Sequence record: SRR22947725_93
DNA length: 32,983 nt
Direction: 5' to 3' (one strand)
How positions within the stretch are numbered: the stretch's first letter is position 1; the number at the start of each line of letters is the position of its first letter. The translations under genes were made by a program, and so were the position numbers. Positions 8,476 to 18,318 of the stretch are shown here, one piece after another. Below the pieces are notes generated by a model, which was not told the origin of the DNA, ran no database searches, and saw nothing but the letters and a program-made list of their open reading frames with translations.

Positions 8476-9325
8476 ATATTTTTTTAAATGTTAAAAATTT
8501 CCAGCCTCTTTCTTTCATAAACTTAATTAAATTATTAAATTTATCAGGCAAACTTTTTCTTCCAATATTCATCCTAAAATAGTTCTTTTTTGATAATTTA
8601 TTAAAATTAATATTTTTTTTTGAAAACTCAAATGGATGCAAATACATAAATATAGGTTCATTGTTGGCCTCTTTTTCTTTAATAAATTTTTTTAGAAAAT
8701 GAAGTGGAAATAACCTTATATAGCCACCACCACTAAATGGAATCGTTTGATTTAAAAATTTTGTAGTTGGAAGCTGGAATTCTATTTTATTACTTTCTTT
8801 CAAAATATGAATATTTTTTTGGTATTCAAAAAATCCACCAAGATCTAATTTCCCATAAAGTTTATGGTGCTTGAAATCCATTTTGCTTGAATCGTAATTG
8901 TAATTATTTTCAAAAAGTAAATTTAACTTGTCTCTATCAAGACTAAAACAAGGAGCTCTAAATCCAATCACTTTTTTATTAACTAAATTTTCAAGAGTCT
9001 CTTTTGTTTTTGTAATTTCATCAATAAATTCACCATTCGACATCAATAATGGTCTTTTATGTGTATAGCCATGAGAGCCAATTTCATAACCATTGTTACT
9101 GGCCTCTAATATTTTTATTTTCATTAAATTAATTATCTCTCCAACAACAAATAATGTTGCTTTGCAATTATTTTGATTGAGAATTTGCATGATTATATCA
9201 AAGCCATCAAGCATTGAAATATCAATACTTTTTTCTTTTTCACTTAAATAATCAAGATGATACCAATCCTCAACATCTAAACCTATAACGGCTGTTTTTG
9301 AGAAATTTTTTTTATTAGAATTCAC
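8459..9325 (-). CDS. Polysaccharide deacetylase family protein (NodB fold with DUF3473-like C-terminus)
   Basis: 288 aa, GTG start. DVEDWYH, ATLFVVG, EIGSHGYTH, GFRAP, GGGYIRLFP and YLHPFE. Confidence 0.9.
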   Translation of the reverse strand: MNSNKKNFSKTAVIGLDVEDWYHLDYLSEKEKSIDISMLDGFDIIMQILNQNNCKATLFVVGEIINLMKIKILEASNNGYEIGSHGYTHKRPLLMSNGEFIDEITKTKETLENLVNKKVIGFRAPCFSLDRDKLNLLFENNYNYDSSKMDFKHHKLYGKLDLGGFFEYQKNIHILKESNKIEFQLPTTKFLNQTIPFSGGGYIRLFPLHFLKKFIKEKEANNEPIFMYLHPFEFSKKNINFNKLSKKNYFRMNIGRKSLPDKFNNLIKFMKERGWKFLTFKKIYEDII

Positions 9326-9974
9326 TTATGACAAAAAACTCTCTATCATTATCAATTATCTGATAATTTTTTGCATCTATATCCTTCATCAATTTTTCAA
9401 TTTGAATTTTTGTATAAAAGAAAATAGGACATTTTCTATAATTGTATTTGATATATCTCTGAGGAGTTAGGATGTGGAATTTTTTTGGAAAGGAAGCTAA
9501 AGAAATTTTAGAATCTTTCTTTAAAGATTTGTAAATTTTAATTGGCTCCTCTATATAATCAAAAAAACCCATAAGAATTGCATAATCAAAGACATTATTA
9601 TTGTTTTTAGAAAAATTTAAATAATCAATAGTTTCAAATTTACAGTTATTTTGAAATGATTTATTTAATTCTTTAGAATTCATAATCATAGTTTCCGCAA
9701 CATCTATCCCTAGAATATTTTTATCTAGTTGAGCAAGTTTATTACAGTATCTACCTGTGCCACATCCAATATCTAAAATATTTTTTGAATTTATATCTTC
9801 TTTTATTCTGTTAATAGTTAGCTGATATCTATTAAACATAGAAAATCTTAAATATTTGTTAATCAATCTTTGAATAAAATTATTTGATTTATCATCATAT
9901 ATATTATCAAAATCTGATGAATAACCATCAAAAAATATTTCAACATTTTTAAGTTCTTTGGGATTAGAGTTCAT
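9315..9974 (-). CDS. Class I SAM-dependent methyltransferase
   Basis: 219 aa. ILDIGCGTG, LGIDVA and FDYAILMGFFDY. Confidence 0.85.
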   Translation of the reverse strand: MNSNPKELKNVEIFFDGYSSDFDNIYDDKSNNFIQRLINKYLRFSMFNRYQLTINRIKEDINSKNILDIGCGTGRYCNKLAQLDKNILGIDVAETMIMNSKELNKSFQNNCKFETIDYLNFSKNNNNVFDYAILMGFFDYIEEPIKIYKSLKKDSKISLASFPKKFHILTPQRYIKYNYRKCPIFFYTKIQIEKLMKDIDAKNYQIIDNDREFFVISEF

Positions 9975-10953
9975 TTTTATAATTTTTTTGTTTTTTATAG
10001 ATTTCTTTTAAACCAGTGTCAATTTTAAATCTAGGATTATATCTCAAAGATTTTTTAATTTTTGAGATATTTGCAATTGAATATCTAACATCACCAATAC
10101 GTGGTTTCAAATGCTTTTTCTTTACATTTTTAACATTAAAAATTTTAGATATTTTTTTTAATAGATCATTTAGGTTTGTTTCTTTTCCAAGTCCAACGTT
10201 AAATACTTCAAAATTTTTTATCTTTTTATCAAACACGGATAGAATATTTGCTTGAATAACGTTGTCTATATAGCAAAAATCTCTACTATTTTTTCCATCT
10301 CCAAATACTGGGATTATTTCTTTATTTTGCATCATCTTTATCCACTTAGGTATTACTGCTGAATAAATACTACTCTGATCTTGGTTTGACCCAAACACAT
10401 TAAAATATCTGAGTGCTACTATTTTCATATTATACAACTTTGCATAAACTTTTGCATAGTGTTCGTTGTTCATTTTGGTAACCGCATAAGGTGATAAAGC
10501 ATTTCCTAATTCTGACTCTTTTTTTACTCTACTTTTTGAGTCTCCATAAACAGAACTTGAGGATGCAAATACAAATTTTTTTACTTTATTGATTTTTGAT
10601 GCTTCCAAAATATTCAAAAAACCATTTACATTATTATCATGAGTATCTTTTGGATTTTTAATAGATCTTGGAACGCTCCCGAGTGCAGCATTATGCAATA
10701 CAAAATCGATATTTTTAGTGACAGAAAGACAATGTTTAAAATTCCTAATATCATATTTAAGAAAAGTAAAATTTTTTCTAAATCTTTTTTTTAGGAATGA
10801 AATATTTTTTTTTTTTCCAGTAGAAAGATTATCAAATACAGTCACATTTTGACCTTTTTCCAAAAGATACTTTGATAAATTAGAGCCTATAAAACCAGCA
10901 CCACCAGTTATGAGCCATCTATATTTTTTTTTTAAGTCTTTTAAAGTTGCCAT
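9964..10953 (-). CDS. tviC: UDP-GlcNAc(A) 4-epimerase, TviC/WbpP-like SDR
   Basis: 329 aa. WLITGGAGFIGSNL, HNAALGSVPRSI, ASSSSVYGD, SPYAVTK, LRYFNVFG, YSAVIPKW and SRDFCYIDNVIQAN. Adjacent to a TviB-like dehydrogenase. Confidence 0.85.
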   Translation of the reverse strand: MATLKDLKKKYRWLITGGAGFIGSNLSKYLLEKGQNVTVFDNLSTGKKKNISFLKKRFRKNFTFLKYDIRNFKHCLSVTKNIDFVLHNAALGSVPRSIKNPKDTHDNNVNGFLNILEASKINKVKKFVFASSSSVYGDSKSRVKKESELGNALSPYAVTKMNNEHYAKVYAKLYNMKIVALRYFNVFGSNQDQSSIYSAVIPKWIKMMQNKEIIPVFGDGKNSRDFCYIDNVIQANILSVFDKKIKNFEVFNVGLGKETNLNDLLKKISKIFNVKNVKKKHLKPRIGDVRYSIANISKIKKSLRYNPRFKIDTGLKEIYKKQKNYKNEL

Positions 10954-12206
10954 AAATCTAATTTATAAAAATTTTGTTCCTTTTTAGAGTAGATACTTTT
11001 TAAGTCAAATATAATAGATTTTTTTTTAAAAATATTATTCATAAAATATTTTTTCTTTTTAATATAAAATTCGTGTGAAACTGAAATTATATTAAGATCA
11101 GCTTTCTCCATATCTTTAAATTTTTTTACGAATGTGTTTTTGTTCAAAAATTTACCCTCATAGTAAGGGTCATGTAAGTCTATTTTAAAATTTTTCCTTA
11201 ATAATTCATACATTTTTAATGATAAAGAATTTCTAAAATCTGAACAATTTTCCTTAAAAGTAATACCAAAAAAATTAATTTTCTTTATTTTTTTATTTCT
11301 ATTTTTGGCTTTTATTTCTGAAACAATATAATTTGGCATATTATCATTTATTTCTCTTCCAGACAAAATAAACTTTGGATGATATCCAACTTTTTTTGAT
11401 TTATAAGTTAAATAATAAGGGTCAACACTTATGCAATGTCCGCCAACTAAACCTGGTTTAAAATTGAGAAAATTCCATTTTGTGGATGCAAGAGATATTA
11501 CTTCATTAGTATCAATATTCATTTTATTAAAAATGATTGATAATTCATTCATGTATGCAATATTCAAATCTCTTTGGGCATTTTCAATTATCTTTGCACT
11601 TTCTGCTATTTTAATAGAACTGGCCTTGTAAACTTTTGCTTTAATGATCTTGTTATACACAAGGTAAATTTTATTGCAGATTGAATTCGTTTGGCCTGAA
11701 ACAATTTTTGATATTTTTTCTATTGTGTGCACTTTGTCTCCAGGGTTAATTCTTTCTGGACTATAACCAATTCCAAAATCTGTTGGGGAAGATAGTTTTG
11801 AATAATTCTCTAAAATTGGTTTGCATATTTCTTCTGTTAGCCCCGGGTAAACAGTAGATTCAAAAATTACTATAGACCCCTTTTTTAAATTTGGTGCTAC
11901 AAGTTTACAGGCAGAATTTATACTTTTTAGATTTGGTTTTTTTCTTTGATCTACAGGAGTGGGTACTGTTACTATAAAAAAATCTGATTTTTTCGTTTCT
12001 TCAATATTTTGTGTAAAAAATATTTTACTTTTAACTAAAATTTTTTGATCAACATCATTATTTTTGTCGATACCTGCTTTTAATTCTTGTATTCTTGAAG
12101 TGTTAGTATCAAAACCAACTACATTATAATATTTTGATAATCTATTCGCTAATGGCAAGCCTACATAGCCCAGTCCTATAACTGATATTTTCTTTTTAAA
12201 CTTCAT
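10941..12206 (-). CDS. tviB: UDP-N-acetylhexosamine 6-dehydrogenase, TviB/WbpO-like
   Basis: 421 aa. GLGYVGLPLA, VTVPTP, ESTVYPG, YSPERINPGD, KIIENAQRDLNIA, TKWNFL, PGLVGGHCISVDPYYL (catalytic Cys) and GITFKENCSD. Confidence 0.9.
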   Translation of the reverse strand: MKFKKKISVIGLGYVGLPLANRLSKYYNVVGFDTNTSRIQELKAGIDKNNDVDQKILVKSKIFFTQNIEETKKSDFFIVTVPTPVDQRKKPNLKSINSACKLVAPNLKKGSIVIFESTVYPGLTEEICKPILENYSKLSSPTDFGIGYSPERINPGDKVHTIEKISKIVSGQTNSICNKIYLVYNKIIKAKVYKASSIKIAESAKIIENAQRDLNIAYMNELSIIFNKMNIDTNEVISLASTKWNFLNFKPGLVGGHCISVDPYYLTYKSKKVGYHPKFILSGREINDNMPNYIVSEIKAKNRNKKIKKINFFGITFKENCSDFRNSLSLKMYELLRKNFKIDLHDPYYEGKFLNKNTFVKKFKDMEKADLNIISVSHEFYIKKKKYFMNNIFKKKSIIFDLKSIYSKKEQNFYKLDLWQL

Positions 12207-14139
12207 AAAACAACTTCCACTGATGAAAAATAATTAACGACCATAATTGTTGACCATAATTAGATTTTAAATTTAAATGATCTTTAATCATTCTATCTAT
12301 TTTTTCATAATTAAATATTTTATCATTTTTTATATTATCTATATTTAAATGATCTATCATCCAATCTTTTAAAGTTGTTCTTAACAAATCATCAATAGGA
12401 ATTGAAAAACCTGACTTGGGTCTATAAATTAAATCTTTAGGTATATGTTTTTCTAAAATTTTTTTTAAAATAAATTTTTTGTTTTTTAGATTTTTATTAT
12501 TTTTAATATCCCTCCAGCTAAATTCTATCAAGCTTTTATCCATAAAAGGTGTACGTGTCTCCAATGAAACACTCATAGACGCTCTATCAACTTTTGTCAT
12601 TATGTCATTTGGAAAATAATTTATAAAATCATTGTACATAAAATTCTGCAAATTACTTAGATCTAAATCTTTGTTTTCTTTATATAGTTCGAAATCTTCC
12701 TGCTCATTATCCAGCAAAATTGATTCTTCAAAATTATCTGATACCAAGTTCTCAAATAATTGTTTTTCATCTTTAGCACCAAATGAATTAATACTTTTAA
12801 TAATTAAATTTTGTATATTAAGAGGAGTCTTTTTATTTTTTGATAAAACAAGTTCTATTCTTTTTATAAATGAATTAAGAATTCTTTTATTAGAATATAT
12901 CAAAAAATTAGAAATTTTTCTTCTTATACTGTAGGGTAATATTTTAATTAAAGGCCAATACTTATTTATAAAATGATATCTGTTATATCCTCCAAATAGC
13001 TCGTCACCTCCGTCACCACTAAGTGCCACTGTAACTTCTTTTTTTACTTTTTGGCTTAATAAAATAGTGGGCAGTTGTGACGAGTCAGAAAAAGGCTCAT
13101 CATAAATTTCTGGAATTTTATCAATATTTCCAAGTAATTCATTTTCTTTAAAATAATATTCAAAATGTTCAGTATTTAATTTTTTTGCAATTTCTTTAGC
13201 AATTTTTGCTTCATTAAATCTAGGGTCACTAAATCCAATGGTAAACGTTTTGATTCTGTTATTAGAAATTTTTGAAGCTAAAGCAGTAATGAGGCTAGAA
13301 TCTACTCCACCTGATAAAAAACAACCAATTGGCCTGTCTGAAATTAATTGTTTTTTAATTGATCCAACTAACAACTCCTCAGCTTTATCTATTAAATTTT
13401 CATTTATTTCTTTTTTTTGATGAGAAGATTTGTGAATTACATCATTTATTGACCAATATGTCTTAATTTTAAAATTTAAACTATTAACATCTAAAATCAA
13501 ATATTTTCCAGGATCAAGTTTCCAAGTATTTTCAAAAATTGTAAAAGGGCTTGGAATATTCTTTAACTTTAGAAAATTTTGAATAACTTTTTTATTCAAT
13601 TTTTTTTTATATACATTACTGCTAATTAAAGCTTTAAGTTCAGAGCCAAATAAAAAAATATTATTTTGAAGTGAATAATACAAAGGCTTTTCACCTGCCC
13701 TATCCCTAATAAGAAAAATTTTGTTTTCAAGTTTATAAAATATTCCAATTGCATACATACCCTCAATCATCTTTAAAGAGGCTTCTAAACCATAAAAATC
13801 AAGCAAAACTGCTAAAGTTTCGGTATCTGAGGTGCCAACCCAATTATTGAAGTTTTTATTTTTTTTAATTTCTTTTCTTAAATTTATGTGATTATAAATT
13901 TCTCCATTTAATACTACTACATAATTTTTTGATGGTGAAAAATAAGGCTGGTTACCTTTATCAGACAAATCTTGAATTGAAAGTCTTCTATTTCCAATTG
14001 CAACAATTTTTTCATTATTACACCAATATCCTTGATGATCAGGGCCCCTATGCTTTATTGACTCAAGCATCGACGAAATTATTTTATCTAAATTTAAACA
14101 ATCTTTGCCTGGATTGATGATACCAGCTATACCACACAT
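12196..14139 (-). CDS. asnB: Asparagine synthase-type glutamine amidotransferase (glycan amidation, WbpS-like)
   Basis: 647 aa. N-terminal MCGIAG (Ntn Cys), HRGPD, RRLSIQD, NGEIYN, FLSGGVDSS, LSGDGGDELFGGY and KVDRASMSVSLETRTP. Confidence 0.93.
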   Translation of the reverse strand: MCGIAGIINPGKDCLNLDKIISSMLESIKHRGPDHQGYWCNNEKIVAIGNRRLSIQDLSDKGNQPYFSPSKNYVVVLNGEIYNHINLRKEIKKNKNFNNWVGTSDTETLAVLLDFYGLEASLKMIEGMYAIGIFYKLENKIFLIRDRAGEKPLYYSLQNNIFLFGSELKALISSNVYKKKLNKKVIQNFLKLKNIPSPFTIFENTWKLDPGKYLILDVNSLNFKIKTYWSINDVIHKSSHQKKEINENLIDKAEELLVGSIKKQLISDRPIGCFLSGGVDSSLITALASKISNNRIKTFTIGFSDPRFNEAKIAKEIAKKLNTEHFEYYFKENELLGNIDKIPEIYDEPFSDSSQLPTILLSQKVKKEVTVALSGDGGDELFGGYNRYHFINKYWPLIKILPYSIRRKISNFLIYSNKRILNSFIKRIELVLSKNKKTPLNIQNLIIKSINSFGAKDEKQLFENLVSDNFEESILLDNEQEDFELYKENKDLDLSNLQNFMYNDFINYFPNDIMTKVDRASMSVSLETRTPFMDKSLIEFSWRDIKNNKNLKNKKFILKKILEKHIPKDLIYRPKSGFSIPIDDLLRTTLKDWMIDHLNIDNIKNDKIFNYEKIDRMIKDHLNLKSNYGQQLWSLIIFHQWKLFYEV

Positions 14140-14144
14140 AATTT

Positions 14145-14963
14145 TTATTTTTTAAACCCTATGGCACACCAAAATGGAGCTGTATCACTGAATTTAACAT
14201 TTTTTAACCCACTATTCTTCATCATTTTAAGAATTTGTTTTTTAGAAAATCTTTTTTCTAACGTTGTTCCAAACCTATCTAAAGAGTCATTTCTTAAAAT
14301 ATACATCTTTTTATCTTTGTAATATGATAATGGAAATTTATTTGTATCTACTCCAAATTTATCAAAAATTAGTGAAATTCTTGATATTGGAAAGTAAATT
14401 AAAAATGCAAGTATATCTGAAAAAAAAGATTTTAACTCAAATGGTAACTTTGATATTACAAATCTTAAGACGTTTGATAAATTCCACAATAATTTATACC
14501 AAGCACTTCTGTTTTCAAAATTATAATAAAGATATAGCAAAATTGGAGAGCCCTTCTTCAATTTTTTTACACATTGGGCAATACCTTTTTCAGTTTGAGT
14601 TATATGATGCAATACACCTAAACAATAACCAAAATCCATTGAATTATTTTTTATATCCATGGAAAAAACATCTTGTTTTTTAAATTCACAATTATTATTT
14701 CCTAATAAGTTTTTTTTTGCAACTCTTATGGCATTGCTTGGTTCTATACAGTAAAGTTTCTTAACTTTTGGTGCAACAAATAAAGCCCATCTACCGGTTC
14801 CACATCCCAAATCAAAGCCAGTTTTATTTTTTTTTAGAAATCTTTTTGGAAAAATTTTAAAATAGTCATTAAAAATTTTCTTTAGTTTTTTATCATCAGA
14901 ATTAAAATTAGAGAATTTTTCCCACTCTAAACCAAAATCATCTATAATTTTATCGCTGCGCAT
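14145..14963 (-). CDS. Class I SAM-dependent methyltransferase
   Basis: 272 aa. FGLEW, FDLGCGTGRW, DFGYCLGVLHH and DSLDRFGT. Confidence 0.88.
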   Translation of the reverse strand: MRSDKIIDDFGLEWEKFSNFNSDDKKLKKIFNDYFKIFPKRFLKKNKTGFDLGCGTGRWALFVAPKVKKLYCIEPSNAIRVAKKNLLGNNNCEFKKQDVFSMDIKNNSMDFGYCLGVLHHITQTEKGIAQCVKKLKKGSPILLYLYYNFENRSAWYKLLWNLSNVLRFVISKLPFELKSFFSDILAFLIYFPISRISLIFDKFGVDTNKFPLSYYKDKKMYILRNDSLDRFGTTLEKRFSKKQILKMMKNSGLKNVKFSDTAPFWCAIGFKK

Positions 14964-14968
14964 AAGGA

Positions 14969-16144
14969 TTAATTTATATTATTTTTTTTAATTATATATT
15001 CTTCATCATTAAAAAAAGACACAAAAAAAAGAATTAAAACAGGCATAGCTGTAGTATGATGTCTTAAAGCAGTTCCCCAATTACTGGTTCCTAATGCCCA
15101 AATTACCTCAATAAAACAAAAGGAAAAAAAAAGATAAAAGCTATATTTAAAATTTGTTAAAGGTCTGATTTTCCAAAAAAATATAACACATGAGAATATC
15201 AAAAGAGCTCTTAAATTATTTTCAACAAAGGCTAATAAGTCTCCTGCAGAAATAATTTTGCTAAAAAAAGGTTGCATAAAATAATCATAAATTGAAATAG
15301 GGATAAATATTAATAAATCAATATAATCATATATTGAAATGGGATAAGTACGCATGTCAGCTCTGTTAATTGAATTTATTAAAAGACCATTTTGATACGT
15401 TTCAACCGCTGAAGGTAGCCCTTTTGCAAACTGCTTATAACCAAAGTTATCATAATTCTGAATCACAATAAATAAAATTAATACTATTAGAATAGAAGAA
15501 ATAAACTTTATCTTTAAAGTTGTAAAATTTGAAATCAAAGGAATCGTAGAAATTAATAAATTTGCTATCGCAAAGAAAAAAAAAGCTTTATGGAAAAGTG
15601 ATAAAATAATACTACAAAAAATTAACATCAAGTAATGTATGATTTTTTTAAAATATAAAATTTTTACAGTTAAAAAAATAGAAGCACATATAAACATTAT
15701 CTGAAATACCTCTCTTGAAACAGCTGAAGTAAAAAAAATAAGACTTGGCCAAAAACACAATAATCCTAAACCTAAATAAATAAATTTTTTTTTTACTTTA
15801 ATCATTTTCATTATATCTAAACAAAATAAAACACTTACAAACCAACAGAATACTGAAATTAATGAAGCAAATGTATAAGAGGTAAATGGTGAAATTTTAT
15901 AAAACAACGGGATTATAAATAAATAAAAGTTATGTAGATGATAATTCTGACTTAAGATAAATATGAAATCTCTTTTTGAAAGCATCACTGCTGCATGATG
16001 TAAACCATAGGAGTCTGGTCCAATAAAACTATTTACTCCAGTAAAATAATTTATTGATATCATAATTAGTCTTACGATAATTCCTAAGAAAATTAATAAG
16101 CTAATTGTATTTAAATATTTATTTGAGGTCATTTTTCTTATCAA
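14969..16144 (-). CDS. Polytopic membrane protein, putative O-antigen polymerase (Wzy-like)
   Basis: 391 aa, about 10 hydrophobic segments. An early loop Asp (GPDS), an SRE motif, a large loop before QPF, and a C-terminal NWGTALRH. Located next to a glycosyltransferase. The ATG at 16132 is a more likely start. Function is inferred from topology and context. Confidence 0.6.
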   Translation of the reverse strand: MIRKMTSNKYLNTISLLIFLGIIVRLIMISINYFTGVNSFIGPDSYGLHHAAVMLSKRDFIFILSQNYHLHNFYLFIIPLFYKISPFTSYTFASLISVFCWFVSVLFCLDIMKMIKVKKKFIYLGLGLLCFWPSLIFFTSAVSREVFQIMFICASIFLTVKILYFKKIIHYLMLIFCSIILSLFHKAFFFFAIANLLISTIPLISNFTTLKIKFISSILIVLILFIVIQNYDNFGYKQFAKGLPSAVETYQNGLLINSINRADMRTYPISIYDYIDLLIFIPISIYDYFMQPFFSKIISAGDLLAFVENNLRALLIFSCVIFFWKIRPLTNFKYSFYLFFSFCFIEVIWALGTSNWGTALRHHTTAMPVLILFFVSFFNDEEYIIKKNNIN

Positions 16145-17102
16145 TATTAATAATAGAATATTTAATTTTATTTAGGTGGTAGAAAAAGAACCATGATGAA
16201 CTTTCTTTTAAAAAGTATAAGTTTGTTTTTATTGAAAAAAAAAATTTTTTGAAAAAAAAGAAAGAATCATGTTTTTCATAAAATTGAGAATTTTTTAAAT
16301 GATATAATTTAGTTTGCAATTTTAAGGTTTTAATTAATTTTTCTAATTTATGGGTTTTATAATTAATTTTGCAAATAAGCTTTAGCATTTTAAAGAAATT
16401 TCTATAAACAAATTTCTTATTCATTAAATTTTTTGAGGCAAAACCATCATTTTGAACTCTATATCCACCTAAAAATCTAGGGATAAAAATTGATCCATGC
16501 TGTAAAGCTAAATTTAGAAAACAACTTATATCAGTATACATACTTATCTTAGGATACTCTTTTACCGTTTCTAAAAAAAATTTAGTTCTAATTATTGTCA
16601 TATGACCATTTATAAAATTACCGTATTTTGTAAAAATTTTTAGAATTTTATTTGGTTCAAAATATTGTGTTTTATTTGAAATTAATGGTGATCTAACTAT
16701 ATCTTTTATTGAATAATCATCGTTTAATTGAAAAATTAAGCTTGAGCACAGAGAGGCTCTTGGAAACTTTTTTAGGGCATTTATACTAAGTTCTATTGCA
16801 TTGTCTCTTACTATTATATCGTCTGCACCATAAACCATAAAATATTCTGTCTCAATATAAGATAGAGCCTCATTCATTCTATTTATTACGCCTGCATTTT
16901 CTGTATTAAGAATTATTTTGAACCGATCATTTTTAATATATTTGGATAAAATTTGATGGCTATTATCAGTGGAGCCATCATCAATTATTATTATTTTTTC
17001 TGGTTGCATCGACTGTCTATTAATCGACTGCAAAAGGGTCTCTATGAAACAACCATGATTATAATTTGCAATTAAAACTGATAAATTAGAATTAGTTATC
17101 AT
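16119..17102 (-). CDS. Glycosyltransferase family 2 (GT-A)
   Basis: 327 aa. SVLIANYN, IIIDDGSTD, NAG...RMN and GADD (DxD-like). Confidence 0.9.
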   Translation of the reverse strand: MITNSNLSVLIANYNHGCFIETLLQSINRQSMQPEKIIIIDDGSTDNSHQILSKYIKNDRFKIILNTENAGVINRMNEALSYIETEYFMVYGADDIIVRDNAIELSINALKKFPRASLCSSLIFQLNDDYSIKDIVRSPLISNKTQYFEPNKILKIFTKYGNFINGHMTIIRTKFFLETVKEYPKISMYTDISCFLNLALQHGSIFIPRFLGGYRVQNDGFASKNLMNKKFVYRNFFKMLKLICKINYKTHKLEKLIKTLKLQTKLYHLKNSQFYEKHDSFFFFKKFFFSIKTNLYFLKESSSWFFFYHLNKIKYSIINIDKKNDLK

Positions 17103-18318
17103 AAAAATTTAAAATTTCTTTTTTTATAAGATTAATTTTTTTTGATTGTAGTAAAAGATTTTTAAATATATTTTTTTTAATATAGCTCAATGTGTGACTA
17201 TCATTAAAAAAAACACCTTTACAGTTTGCATTTTCAGAGGCTTGCATATCTCTTATATCATCACCAATATATATAGATTTAGATAAGTTTATCATATATT
17301 TTTTACTTGCATCAAAAAACATTCCAGTTTTTGGTTTTCTACATCTGCAATTCTCATCCCAATGGTGAGGGCAAAAAAATAAATCTAGTATATTAATTTC
17401 TAAATTAGTTAAATCTTTAATTATTTGATAATTAATTTTTTTAAGTTTATTTAAACTTAATTTTTTTAAAGCAATCCCAGCTTGATTAGTTATTATTATA
17501 AATTGGTATCCTTTTTTAGAAAGGTTTCTCATCATTTGTATTATTCCTTTTTCATATTTGATATTCTTTTCATCAATCAAATATTTTCCTTTACCAGGAC
17601 TTTTATTTATTGTTCCATCTCTATCTATAAAAATAATTTTTTTTGGTTGCAAAAATTTTTTTGTTTTGAGAAGTCTTTTTGTGTCACCAATGCTACAGTA
17701 TAAATCCTCATGAATTGAATATCCAACTTTTTTTTTTTTAAAACTATCTAAATAAAAATTGTTAATTGATGTTTTGTTATTTTTACTAAAATATTTAATC
17801 AAGGATTGAGACTTAATAATTGAAAATCCCAATTCTACAAAATTTGTTTTTTTACTTCTCTTGATAGAATATTTTTTTATTTTCTTTTTAAATATTGAAA
17901 AATTTCCTGTTTCTTTTTTTGTTAAATTGAAAGTAATATTATTTTCTTTATCAAAATTTTTTTTTATTTTTTGAAAGTTGAATGAAAAGATATTATCTGA
18001 GTAAAGTAATAAAAAATATTTATTTAATTTTTTTTCTGCTTTAAAAACTCTAGTTCCAGTATCCCAATGAATAGGCCCATTTGAATATTCAATTTTAACC
18101 CCAAAGTTTTCACCATTTTGAAAATAGTTTTTAATTTGATGAGATCTATAACCACCAAGAATTAGAATTTTAGTTAATCCATTAACCTTTAATTGATCAA
18201 TCAAATACTCCAAAAACGGCTTTTTATTAATTATTACCATTGGTTTTGGTGTATATTTTGTTAATGGCATAAGTCTTTTTCCAAGACCACCACATAAAAT
18301 TACCGCTTGATTAAACAT
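17092..18318 (-). CDS. Fused sugar-1-phosphate nucleotidyltransferase (HddC-like) and heptose-1,7-bisphosphate phosphatase (GmhB, HAD IIIA)
   Basis: 408 aa. The N-half has ILCGGLGKRL, PKPM and DTG. The C-half has FIDRDGTIN, ITNQAG, CPHH...CRCRKP and IGDDIRD. Confidence 0.88.
   Translation of the reverse strand: MFNQAVILCGGLGKRLMPLTKYTPKPMVIINKKPFLEYLIDQLKVNGLTKILILGGYRSHQIKNYFQNGENFGVKIEYSNGPIHWDTGTRVFKAEKKLNKYFLLLYSDNIFSFNFQKIKKNFDKENNITFNLTKKETGNFSIFKKKIKKYSIKRSKKTNFVELGFSIIKSQSLIKYFSKNNKTSINNFYLDSFKKKKVGYSIHEDLYCSIGDTKRLLKTKKFLQPKKIIFIDRDGTINKSPGKGKYLIDEKNIKYEKGIIQMMRNLSKKGYQFIIITNQAGIALKKLSLNKLKKINYQIIKDLTNLEINILDLFFCPHHWDENCRCRKPKTGMFFDASKKYMINLSKSIYIGDDIRDMQASENANCKGVFFNDSHTLSYIKKNIFKNLLLQSKKINLIKKEILNFYDN

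Noticed and set aside
9315-9974. Similar consecutive gene junctions (GTGAATTCTAA and ATGAACTCTAA, both proteins starting MNSN) as possible cassette recombination sites
   Set aside because: Only 11 nt long and largely forced by start/stop overlap constraints. There is no attC-like inverted repeat and no integrase in the window.
12196-14139. asnB as a housekeeping asparagine biosynthesis gene
   Set aside because: It overlaps the TviB-like uronic-acid gene inside a glycan operon, so glycan amidation is the more likely role.
123-14963. The small methyltransferases as DNA methyltransferases of a restriction-modification or defence system
   Set aside because: No DPPY/NPPY or PCQ catalytic motifs and no nuclease neighbours were seen. 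Motifs and context fit small-molecule or glycan methyltransferases.
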